DNA from: Candidatus Gottesmanbacteria bacterium | GTDB taxonomy: Bacteria > Patescibacteriota > Microgenomatia > 2-02-FULL-39-11 | Direction of reading: 5' to 3' | Length of the DNA: 64,000 nt | NCBI GenBank assembly: GCA_016186795.1 | Contig: JACPKY010000002.1 | Coordinates: 925,892 to 989,891, forward strand | Shown here: positions 9,283 to 18,600 of the stretch, in pieces | How the letters are laid out: every line of letters starts with the position of its first letter | Numbering within the stretch: the first letter of the stretch is position 1 | Notes under the pieces: model-generated | What the model saw: the letters and a program-made list of their open reading frames with translations, nothing else | What the model was told of the DNA's origin: nothing | The model's database searches: none | Translations under genes and position numbers: made by a program

Positions 9283-12200
9283 ATGGCGGGAAGCCTTATT
9301 AATTTTACGCGCTATTTTAGAAGAGGGAGCAAGAATAATACTCCAAGCGATACTCCTGTTCAAGCAGATGCACATGCAAATGTTTCTCAAGAATTACCCA
9401 CAGAAACAAGCACTGTTCCTCAACCACATACGGCATCGTCAGTAGCCTATTCTGGAATTGGTAACCCGCCGGGTGGTATCTCCTACTCAGGTATTGGGAA
9501 TCCTCCAGCTCCTGCGTCGGCTGTAGGGAAAGGTCAGGTAACTTCTGCAATTGACAGTGGAAAACGTGTTGGTATGGATGTCCTGTCAAGACTTACCCAA
9601 CGGGCAAATCAATCACTCATGGCAAGTGTGACCAAAGCGAAAGAGTTAAAAATTCAGTACGTTGATACAGAGCACGTTCTCTGGGGGCTTCTCCACGATA
9701 GCAGTATTTACCAGCTTTTGTCTGAATGTAAAATTACTCCAAGTGAGCTGCAGGCTGAACTTGAGAAGGCATTTACATCAGGCAACTTTTCCGGACAACC
9801 TCATTTTTCCCCGAGAGTGAAACGAGTGTTGGAGCTTTCCCTATCTGCCGCGCGCTCGCTTGGGTACGAGTTTATTTCTCCGGAGCATATTCTCTTGGCT
9901 TTATCCCATGAGGGGGAAGGAGTGGCAGCGCGGATGCTTATTAAATACTCGCTCACGCAAGAGGTTCTAAATCAGAAGATAACAGGGAAGAAAGATCTGG
10001 AAAAGCAGGAAGAGCAGAAAAAAACTTCTGCCCTTGATGATTATACAGAAGATTTGACGGCAAAAGCCGTGCAAGGTCAGCTCGATCCTGTTGTCGGGCG
10101 AAGCGCCGAGATTGAAAGGATCGTTCATATTCTTTCAAGAAGAACCAAGAATAATCCGGTTCTTATTGGAGATGCCGGGGTAGGGAAAACAGCAATTGTA
10201 GAAGGTTTAGCACTTCGGATTGCCCACGGTGATGTCCCTGAGACGCTTCTTCATAAACGGATACTTCTCCTTGATCTCATGTCTTTGATTGCAGGGGCAA
10301 AACATAGAGGAGAGTTTGAGGAGCGGTTAAAAAATCTTATAAAAGAAGTAAAGGCGGCAACAGGCGCAATTATTCTTTTTGTCGATGAGATGCACAATAT
10401 GGTTGGTGCGGGAGGAAGCGGTGAGGGGACAATGGATGCGTCAAATATATTAAAACCATCTCTTGCTCGGGGTGAACTACAGGTTATTGGTACGACAACA
10501 ATAACAGAGTACCGTACGCATATCGAAAAGGATCCAGCTCTTGAAAGACGATTCCAGCCGGTGTATGTCGCAGAACCAACTGCTGAAGTAGCAATTGAGA
10601 TGCTTACTGCTCTTCGAGATAAGTACGAAGCGTTTCATAGGGTAAAAATATCTGATGAGGCAATTGAGGCAGCTGTCAGACTCTCGCAACGCTACATTGG
10701 TGACAGATTTCTTCCAGATAAAGCGGTCGACCTTATTGATGAGGGTGCTGCTGCCGTTCGCTTACCTTCAATTTCTCTTCCTGAAGAAATAAAATCGTTA
10801 GAAGATCGCCTTAAAAAACTTGAAAGTGAGAAAAGTGAAGCCGAAAAACTAGGCGATAGCGTCCATCTCGAGAGTCTTAAAAAAGAAGAGGAAGAACTTC
10901 GTGAACACGAAAAAAACCTTCAAGAGCAGTATCAACTGAAAAAATCAACCACAACGAATGCTGTTACCCCTGCAATTATTGCTGATATTATTTCCCGATG
11001 GACAGGTATTCCAGTTTCCCGGCTTACCGAGAGCGAGTCAACGAAACTGTTGGAATTAGAGGGGACTATTCATAAACGACTTATCAATCAGGAGGAGGCG
11101 GTCGTTGCTGTTTCTGAGGCAGTACGGCGTGGAAGGGCGGGACTGAAATCGAACAAGCGTCCAATCGGTAGTTTTGTCTTTCTGGGGCCAACTGGGGTTG
11201 GAAAAACTGAGCTCGCCAAAGCGTTGGCCGAAATTCTATTTGGAAGTGATGAAATGATTGTTCGGCTTGATATGACTGAGTATATGGAGAAGCACGAGGT
11301 GGCAAAACTCATTGGGGCTCCTCCAGGATATGTTGGGTATGAGGAAGGTGGGCAGCTGACTGAGGCAGTGAGACGGCATCCTTACTCTGTTGTCTTATTT
11401 GATGAAATCGAAAAAGCACACCCTGACGTATTCAATATTCTCATACAACTTCTCGATGACGGTCGTTTAACCGATAACAAAGGGCATACGATTTCATTTA
11501 AAAATACAATTGTCATTTGTACGTCAAATTTGGGAAGCGGCATCATTCAAGAGGAAATGTTGGGATGGAAGGAAAATGATCAGATAAAAGATAACGGTAA
11601 ACAGAAAACAGAAATATTTCAGACGTATGCGATTTCTCCAACCGGAAGGGAAATTGTAACTCTTGACGGGGATTATTGGGAGAAAGATGGGAAAGGCCAG
11701 TGGAAGAAAGGATCGCTTGTTGAGTATTTTGCTGGCTCAACGCTATCAAACGGCCAAGACACATTTCCTGTTGAAGGTTTTGACACACATACAATTTCTC
11801 AAGACGGTTCAGAAACGATTACAAGCGGTGACTCTCTTTGGTTTCGTACTTCAACAACGGTACGGGAATGGAGCATAGAAAAACTCGTGCCTTACTTCAA
11901 AAATCACATTGTTATAAACGCCAAACCCGATAAACCAGAGGAACAATTACCAACGGTGCGGATAGATTCCCATGCCCTCTCCCCTACCAACGAGGAAATT
12001 GTGACGTATGAGGGGCGGTTTTGGAAAAGGCAAAATCTTGCCTCAAAAGATTGGATGACCGGAGACATTTCTGAGTATTTTGCAAATTGCAAAGTGGAGA
12101 CCTCCACGGAAGAAAAACAAAAAGCAGCTGGAACTGGAAAAGGAGGGAATTTGATTACCAAAATGTCGCAAGAGAAACCTCAACAAGACGTATTCCCGAT

Positions 12201-13251
12201 AGACAAGTGGGATAGCCATCTCTTTACCCCGCTTGGAGAAGAAATCATTATTTCTAAGGGAAAGTACTGGAAGAGAAAATCGGCAGATGTTACGGTATGG
12301 AATATGGGCAACATTTCTGATCTTTTTTCTAAGGATAGAATGGTGGGAGATGTACCAATTGGGAGAGAGAAAGAAGAAGCAAAAGTTGGTAACAGTGCGT
12401 CTGATGACCAGTTTCAAAAACTTTCAAAGAGACTCATGGAGGAACTGCGGAAATTCTTCCGTCCTGAACTTCTGAACCGTTTTGATGAAGTCGTTGTTTT
12501 CCGTCCGCTAACCCGAGATCACATGCTGGAGATTGTCGGACTTCAGGTGAAGCTACTTTCAAAACTCCTTACCGAGCAAAATATTGCAATAGAAGTCAGC
12601 CACGACGCTTCGGTGTATCTATCCAAAGTAGGGTACGATCAAGTATTTGGCGCAAGACCTTTGAGAAGAATAATTCAACGCTTGGTTGAAAATCCTATTT
12701 CCTCGCTTCTTATTAAAGGCGAATTAGCAAGTGGGGGTCGCGTGCATGTGACATATGAAGGTGACCAACTTCAGTTTCAGATCCAAAAAATAGAAATGAA
12801 AAATGCTCAAACTCCTTCTCCGACAGTTGTCGATGAAAAGCGGCAACCTCTCCAAACCAGTCAACCGACACTTCAATCTCCGAAGCCGCTGGAGGAGAAA
12901 GTGTCCTACGGTTGCCAAAACTGCGGGCATACATGGGAAGAAGCAAAAAGTACGCATAGTTTGGTCTGCCCTGACTGCGGGAGTGAACTTATTTCACAAA
13001 AGGCCGAGTCTAGTACCTCTCAAGGGCCAGAACCATCAAAAGAAGAGAAACAAAATCCCCTTGAGATGTACTATCAACCGACAGATCAGGCAAAGAATGA
13101 CGTCTCACCTACACCCGTTTCCAAAGATTCCTCCTCAAGCGGCGTCTCAGGTTGCAGATACTCCCCCTTTTACGCGTTCCTTTCCCAAAGAGAGAAGAAA
13201 AAGGAGACTAAGGTATACAAGGCTGTTAAAACCGGTCATGAGAAAAAGTGA
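9283..13251 (+). CDS. clpC: ClpC/ClpB-family AAA+ ATPase with a large internal repeat insertion and C-terminal Zn ribbon
   Basis: Two Clp_N repeats ([17 protein letters not shown]); D1 GDAGVGKT and DPALERRFQ; short coiled-coil M domain; D2 [42 protein letters not shown]. Confidence 0.88.
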   Translation: MAGSLINFTRYFRRGSKNNTPSDTPVQADAHANVSQELPTETSTVPQPHTASSVAYSGIGNPPGGISYSGIGNPPAPASAVGKGQVTSAIDSGKRVGMDVLSRLTQRANQSLMASVTKAKELKIQYVDTEHVLWGLLHDSSIYQLLSECKITPSELQAELEKAFTSGNFSGQPHFSPRVKRVLELSLSAARSLGYEFISPEHILLALSHEGEGVAARMLIKYSLTQEVLNQKITGKKDLEKQEEQKKTSALDDYTEDLTAKAVQGQLDPVVGRSAEIERIVHILSRRTKNNPVLIGDAGVGKTAIVEGLALRIAHGDVPETLLHKRILLLDLMSLIAGAKHRGEFEERLKNLIKEVKAATGAIILFVDEMHNMVGAGGSGEGTMDASNILKPSLARGELQVIGTTTITEYRTHIEKDPALERRFQPVYVAEPTAEVAIEMLTALRDKYEAFHRVKISDEAIEAAVRLSQRYIGDRFLPDKAVDLIDEGAAAVRLPSISLPEEIKSLEDRLKKLESEKSEAEKLGDSVHLESLKKEEEELREHEKNLQEQYQLKKSTTTNAVTPAIIADIISRWTGIPVSRLTESESTKLLELEGTIHKRLINQEEAVVAVSEAVRRGRAGLKSNKRPIGSFVFLGPTGVGKTELAKALAEILFGSDEMIVRLDMTEYMEKHEVAKLIGAPPGYVGYEEGGQLTEAVRRHPYSVVLFDEIEKAHPDVFNILIQLLDDGRLTDNKGHTISFKNTIVICTSNLGSGIIQEEMLGWKENDQIKDNGKQKTEIFQTYAISPTGREIVTLDGDYWEKDGKGQWKKGSLVEYFAGSTLSNGQDTFPVEGFDTHTISQDGSETITSGDSLWFRTSTTVREWSIEKLVPYFKNHIVINAKPDKPEEQLPTVRIDSHALSPTNEEIVTYEGRFWKRQNLASKDWMTGDISEYFANCKVETSTEEKQKAAGTGKGGNLITKMSQEKPQQDVFPIDKWDSHLFTPLGEEIIISKGKYWKRKSADVTVWNMGNISDLFSKDRMVGDVPIGREKEEAKVGNSASDDQFQKLSKRLMEELRKFFRPELLNRFDEVVVFRPLTRDHMLEIVGLQVKLLSKLLTEQNIAIEVSHDASVYLSKVGYDQVFGARPLRRIIQRLVENPISSLLIKGELASGGRVHVTYEGDQLQFQIQKIEMKNAQTPSPTVVDEKRQPLQTSQPTLQSPKPLEEKVSYGCQNCGHTWEEAKSTHSLVCPDCGSELISQKAESSTSQGPEPSKEEKQNPLEMYYQPTDQAKNDVSPTPVSKDSSSSGVSGCRYSPFYAFLSQREKKKETKVYKAVKTGHEKK
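11569..12411 (+). repeat. Four degenerate protein repeats (hemopexin-like) inserted in Clp D2
   Basis: Pattern P....D.H.h...G.E.h...G..W.+...W..G.h..hF at about 11617, 11764, 11947 and 12193. Confidence 0.75.
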
Positions 13252-13872
13252 AAGGGCAAAAAACTGGAATACTTCATCTGTCACAAGAAGAAACGTATTG
13301 GGGAAAACGACTCTTAATCCTGTTTGAGAAAGAAAAAGGAAGAGAATGATAATGATTGGTCCGGCAATAATAAGGCTCTCAACATCTTTTTTACTTGAAA
13401 ACATTGTCATCGATGTAACAAATAATAGATAACAAAGAATAGGTAACAGAACGAAAGAATACTGATTGGTTGTTATCCAGGAGAGGTTCACAAAAAATAT
13501 TTTTCCAAGAAAATAAATGAATGACAATCCCATAAGTATTGGTGCAAGACCAACAATTGCGTGTCTAAAAGGATCAACTTTTGCAATCATGAGCTTCCCA
13601 GCCCGAATCGTTCCATCTTTTTCGATTGTGGGAAAGATAGAAAGTTCGCCAGTTGGTACAAAAAGGATAAGAGCTACAAAAAAATGAGACAGCTCATGGA
13701 TGATGGTTCCCGGCAAAAGCACTATCGTGACAGCAAAAAGAGCCGCAGTTTTACTTCGTGTAGCAAGATATGCAAGAAGGTAGATAAAAGTAGATATTTT
13801 TTTAGAAAGGACAAAAAGGCAAAGTAGGAAGAGTATCGAAAGTATAATGTAGAAATAGAAAGGCAACGACAT
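13147..13872 (-). CDS. Membrane-embedded HExxH metalloprotease (M50/M50B-like)
   Basis: [10 protein letters not shown] in a TM segment, IVGLAP motif, multiple TM helices. Confidence 0.75.
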   Translation of the reverse strand: MSLPFYFYIILSILFLLCLFVLSKKISTFIYLLAYLATRSKTAALFAVTIVLLPGTIIHELSHFFVALILFVPTGELSIFPTIEKDGTIRAGKLMIAKVDPFRHAIVGLAPILMGLSFIYFLGKIFFVNLSWITTNQYSFVLLPILCYLLFVTSMTMFSSKKDVESLIIAGPIIIILFLFLSQTGLRVVFPNTFLLVTDEVFQFFALSLFLMTGFNSLVYLSLLFLLSLGKERVKGGVSAT

Positions 13873-15521
13873 TAACGTTCTCTTTCCTGAGTCTCCCGAG
13901 GTCCACCTGTGTCAAAGACGCTCAGTCCCATCGGGATCATCCCAATACCCATGAGAATTCCTAAGAAAGCCCCATCTGAGAGTCCCCGCTGCTTGGCCAT
14001 CTCTGCAATCTGAGCAGGAGTGACACTAAGGAGTCTTCTTAATGTGCCAATCTGCTTGTTATCAATATTAGCTCCCTGTGCAATTGTGGCTGTTCGATCG
14101 GTAACAAACTTAATGGGATTTTTCATAACATCTCTATCGAGACCTAGCTCAGTCTGGAAGAAAGAGGTTACTCCTGCGAGTTTATGACCGCGGAGAAGAG
14201 CTCGAACAAATCCCACTTCATGGGGATTTAATCCACCTTGATGAGATGCGCCAAGAAGGAGACCCTCGATACGTTCGGAAAGATTAGGATCTCGCGGATC
14301 TATCGAGTCAAGAGCGTGCTGGATACCATTCATGTACAAGAGGGTTGATTCCATCCGGATTTCACCGTTTTCGATCCGCTGGAGTGTTTGAGTGGCAAAC
14401 GCTTGCTCGGCAGGTGTATCGTCATAGAGGGCGCGAATGAGAATTTCCGTCTGTTGGTGGAGCGGGTCGTTTCCTTCGGTTTGGTAATAGAGAATATTTT
14501 CATTCATCTCGGCTCCGAGTTGGGTGATAGTTTCAACGGATAAATGCGCAGCGTGTCCTTGTGGAGAAAGTATAGCTTGCGTTGCACGAGTTACTCTGGC
14601 TGCAAAATTATCAATATTTCCGCTTCCGGATGTAAGGGCGTTTTCCAAGACGGAAGTCCAGAGCCCTACGACAAAAAGTTGCTGGTCTCCAGCTGGATCT
14701 TTCCCAAGTCCGGCGTAATATTCAGTAACAGCCTTGATTGCATGGTATGCTGTTGCCTTTACTTTTTCTCCCCGAGCTTTTACTGCTTCAGCCGATTGGG
14801 CTTCTGGAGTAGGTGGAGTAGCTGCCTTGTCTTCTCCTCCTTGGATCATAAATCGCATTTTCACTTTTGCGTTCGGATCCTCATCCGGTTTTAATCCACA
14901 GAGTTTCTGTTTTGCAGCAAGACGTCTGGCAAATCGTGTATGGGGGTCTACTTTTGCATCATCCCGGAATTGTTCCAAAGGAAACATCCCTTTGGCTTCA
15001 TTATCAACCATGTCATCCCATGCTCGGAGAGACATCGGTTTTGTAACCGTTCCATCGGCAAGAGTGACAACAACTTCTGTGCCGTCAAGGAGGCCACTGC
15101 GTGTTTCAACCGAAGAATCATGATGAGCTTTTTGCTCTGGAATTGCACTTCCGTGCGTTTGTGCTGCAATCCATTCGAGATTATCGATTGATGCAGGGTA
15201 GACGGATGATTGTAATAGTACACGATCATCATCAGTTGGTTTCTCCTTTTTCCTAAACGTGTTCATTGTGCTTTGGGCCTGTTCCATATTTTCCTCATGA
15301 AGCTCAAGAAGCTTTGCGAGGCCATCTCTTTCTGTATCTTGGGCTGTTGATAGTTTTTTTCCTAATTCAGCTGCACTTTCTGCTCGGTATGGTTCACCTT
15401 TAAAAAGAAGAAAACTTGCCTCTCTGGTAAGGTGCTGGCAATCTGTGGGTACAAGCGGTTTAACGGGAAAAGATTCTGGTTTTAATGTGACGATTTCTAG
15501 TGGAGCAGGAGCTGCTTGCAT
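13872..15521 (-). CDS. Hypothetical helical protein with a C-terminal TM anchor
   Basis: 549-aa ORF; C-terminal GAFLGILMGIGMIPMGLSVF; TATACT 8 nt upstream; 1-nt overlap with the protease gene. Confidence 0.7.
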   Translation of the reverse strand: MQAAPAPLEIVTLKPESFPVKPLVPTDCQHLTREASFLLFKGEPYRAESAAELGKKLSTAQDTERDGLAKLLELHEENMEQAQSTMNTFRKKEKPTDDDRVLLQSSVYPASIDNLEWIAAQTHGSAIPEQKAHHDSSVETRSGLLDGTEVVVTLADGTVTKPMSLRAWDDMVDNEAKGMFPLEQFRDDAKVDPHTRFARRLAAKQKLCGLKPDEDPNAKVKMRFMIQGGEDKAATPPTPEAQSAEAVKARGEKVKATAYHAIKAVTEYYAGLGKDPAGDQQLFVVGLWTSVLENALTSGSGNIDNFAARVTRATQAILSPQGHAAHLSVETITQLGAEMNENILYYQTEGNDPLHQQTEILIRALYDDTPAEQAFATQTLQRIENGEIRMESTLLYMNGIQHALDSIDPRDPNLSERIEGLLLGASHQGGLNPHEVGFVRALLRGHKLAGVTSFFQTELGLDRDVMKNPIKFVTDRTATIAQGANIDNKQIGTLRRLLSVTPAQIAEMAKQRGLSDGAFLGILMGIGMIPMGLSVFDTGGPRETQERER

Positions 15522-15611
15522 ATGTATTAAGTATAGTACAAAGTCTTACGTAATATGCAAGGACCGATGATTGATCCATCATTCTTCTTATGCTATGGTT
15601 GAATTAGCGCT

Positions 15612-18600
15612 ATGAGTTCTTCTTCTGCCGATGCTATTCATCACCAACCATTTCCTGCAACCGTTGCTGAATCGGTTCCTTCAACTCCTGTTAATCAGGT
15701 TAATCAGGCTGGTTGGCAAACTGCCGAACCTCAACGACCTCAATTTGGTGCATATGAGAGAGGACGTATTGTTCCAGGAGCCAATCGGGAAGCCGGAGTT
15801 ACTCCCCATACCGTTGTTGAGCTTGGTCTTGATACCGAACTTGAGCTTTTTGATTCTCTCGAGGAAATAGTAAGTTTCCTTGATAAGTCCGATAATAAAG
15901 ATGCTCTTTCTCTCCTCTCAGAGGTTATGAAGGAAAAAATGGTTGATTTAAGAGACAGGGCTGCCGCTCTTTCCTTGGAGAGGAAAGATATCGAGGAACG
16001 GAAAGCAATTGAGGAAGAGTATGAAGAGGCTGTTAGACAAACAGCAAGACAACGGTTAGGTTTTAACTATGAGGCGAGAAATCGGACAACACGAGATGAT
16101 AAGTTGAAAAAACTGAATAAAAAGATTGAGAGGCGAAGAAAGGCAATTGAGGAATACAACAAAACGAGACCTGGAGAGACTCCTACACCTGGTGAAAAAC
16201 CAAAAAAAGTACCAAGAGAGCTTGAAGAGCTTATCAGTGATCATAATCTTGGATTAAGCGATTTAACTCCTGAAGACCTCAAGACCCGATTAGAAGCATA
16301 CCTTAAAAAAGACAGAAAGCCTTTGCAGATATTTGATAACCTCACCGATGTCATGCAAGCGTATTCCTTCCTTGAGAGTGCGGAGAAGATTGTTGCACTT
16401 CAAGCAGGACAAGATATTACCGATGGTGGGAGAAGACCTGTTGAGTTTGATTTTTCGGATGCAACAATTAATCGGGTAGCTCAAGCCGGGGTTCCAAACA
16501 CAACGGTGCAAGCACTCCGCGACATTGGGAGAAGAATCCGGATTGGAGATGTATTCGGAGTACAAGAGCTAATTGCAGGATTGTCGGTTGGGACCGTTGA
16601 AGCTCTCATGAATGCGCATAATTTTTGGCCTGCTCCAGGTGATGCTGCCCAAGCCGGTGCAGCGTTTGCCTTGGGAGTTGGGAGTATGCTATTTGTACGA
16701 GCAGTAGGTCGAAGAATGAACCATTGGCGCCTATCTTTTCCTCCGGAACGAGCTGAACAGAGAACTCAATATACGCTACAGTTTCACTTCATTCAACCTC
16801 CGCCCGGGGATGGAGGGAATCCTTTGCGACGAATGTACGGTGGTGATGCACGCCGAGCCGAACAATTCCTACAAGCAATTGATAATGTTCGTGTCGACAT
16901 TGCTAATAAACTAAAAGTCCATCCAGGACAGCTGGAGGGGTGGCTAAATTTAAGTAGTGCTGCATTAGGTGAGAGCGTTGAGGGGATGGAATTTCCTCAT
17001 CGAGTTGTCCTTGCTAAGAATATCGAACAAATATTGGCTCAAGAACATCGGAATGCGACTGGTGGCCATATACCGCTTGAGGAGTTATCAGCTGAGGAGC
17101 AGATTGAGGTTATTGAACGGGCGTTTGATGGAGTTGCACTTGCCATTGGCGGGGAAGCTATGGATGATGTAACTAAAAATGCGGCGATACGAAGAATGAT
17201 GGGAGAAGTTAATTGGGCTCAGCGGAGAAACGTTCTTGCAACTCATGTTGCAGAAATCCGGGCAGGAACACGCGTCTACCATGCAAGCGTGACTCCTCAC
17301 GCTTTAGAAGAAGCAAGGACACAGTTTGAGGCAGCAGAAAAGCAGGAAGCGCGACAATCTCAGGGGAAAGACGCATACGGAGCAAAATATACTGAGCTTC
17401 AAAATCAGTTGAGAACCTTGGAAACAGCGCGAATTGAGCTTGAAAATATTTCGACAATCAACGGTCATATTACAAGAGACGTTACAGTGAAGGGGAGAAA
17501 AGTTCATGAAGATGCAAGCGGAGAGATAGGGGTACTTGAGGCTGAAAAAACAAGGATTGATGGAGAAATTACGAAGCTTAAGGGTGAAATTGATGCAACA
17601 AATGCAAATGGACTGGAGGGTCAGTATAAACAAGCAAAACGCCGCTATGAAACGCTCCATGGGAAAGTTGAGGCTCTAAAAAGTAAGAAGCAAGCGGCGC
17701 AAGCAGAGATTGATACCCTTCAACGGGGAAGAGATAGAGCGAAAGCTGCAAAAATTGCTCAGTGGGAATCTATTCGAGATCAGGCAGAGCAGAATTTAAC
17801 AACTGCGCCATCTGGGCAAAAGACTCTGGAGGAACAGGAAGATGATGCATATTTAGCCTTTGTGCCACTCAAAGATCAGTATGAGCCAAAAACGGCAGAA
17901 GTTGGACGATTACAACAAAGGCAGAATGCAATCCCTGGTGAGATTCAAGCATTTGAGAGGGCAATTGCAGAGAAAGAGAAACTCTATCGAGTAGCTCAAT
18001 TGAATTATACTCTTGCCCAAAAAGAAGTACTTACTATTCTTCAGGATTTTGGATACAAATACACACCTGCTCAGTTGAGGAGTAGCTCACTTCGACTCCC
18101 CACGTCGCAAATGATTACTGACAAGTATACAGAACTCCATGTCGAGTATCAGGTGAAACAGAATCGTCTTACGGAGTTGGTAAGGCTTGCTGAGGCGGGA
18201 GTTAGTGAAGAAGATCTTCGGATTGCAACGCTTATTGAAACACTCTCAGGTGTTGTTGGTTCAGATCGTCTTAATAGTTTTATGCAGCAGCTTCTTTCCC
18301 GAGGGATAAAGTTGGAGGATCTTGCCAACACACAAAACAACGAGGGATATCACCTCATGTTAAAGTTCTTTTTCGGTGAGGATGCACTCACTCAAGGGAA
18401 GGACGGGAAGTATGCTCGAGCAACGACACTTCTAAGTAAAGCTCGATTATGTGATGAAGCTTTCAAAATCTGGCGCATCGATGATCGGGCATCAGGCGAT
18501 GGGTTTTTTGCAGGAGATGATGAAGGTCTACAACTATATCAGAATGCTCGTTTTATTTTTGAAACCAATAGAAGACTCACTCAGGAAGTTTTTAACCTTG

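Noticed and set aside
11569-12411. Clp insertion interpreted as an intein
   Set aside because: No N-terminal Cys/Ser block A, no HN/SN-C/S/T end, no LAGLIDADG; a repeat structure instead
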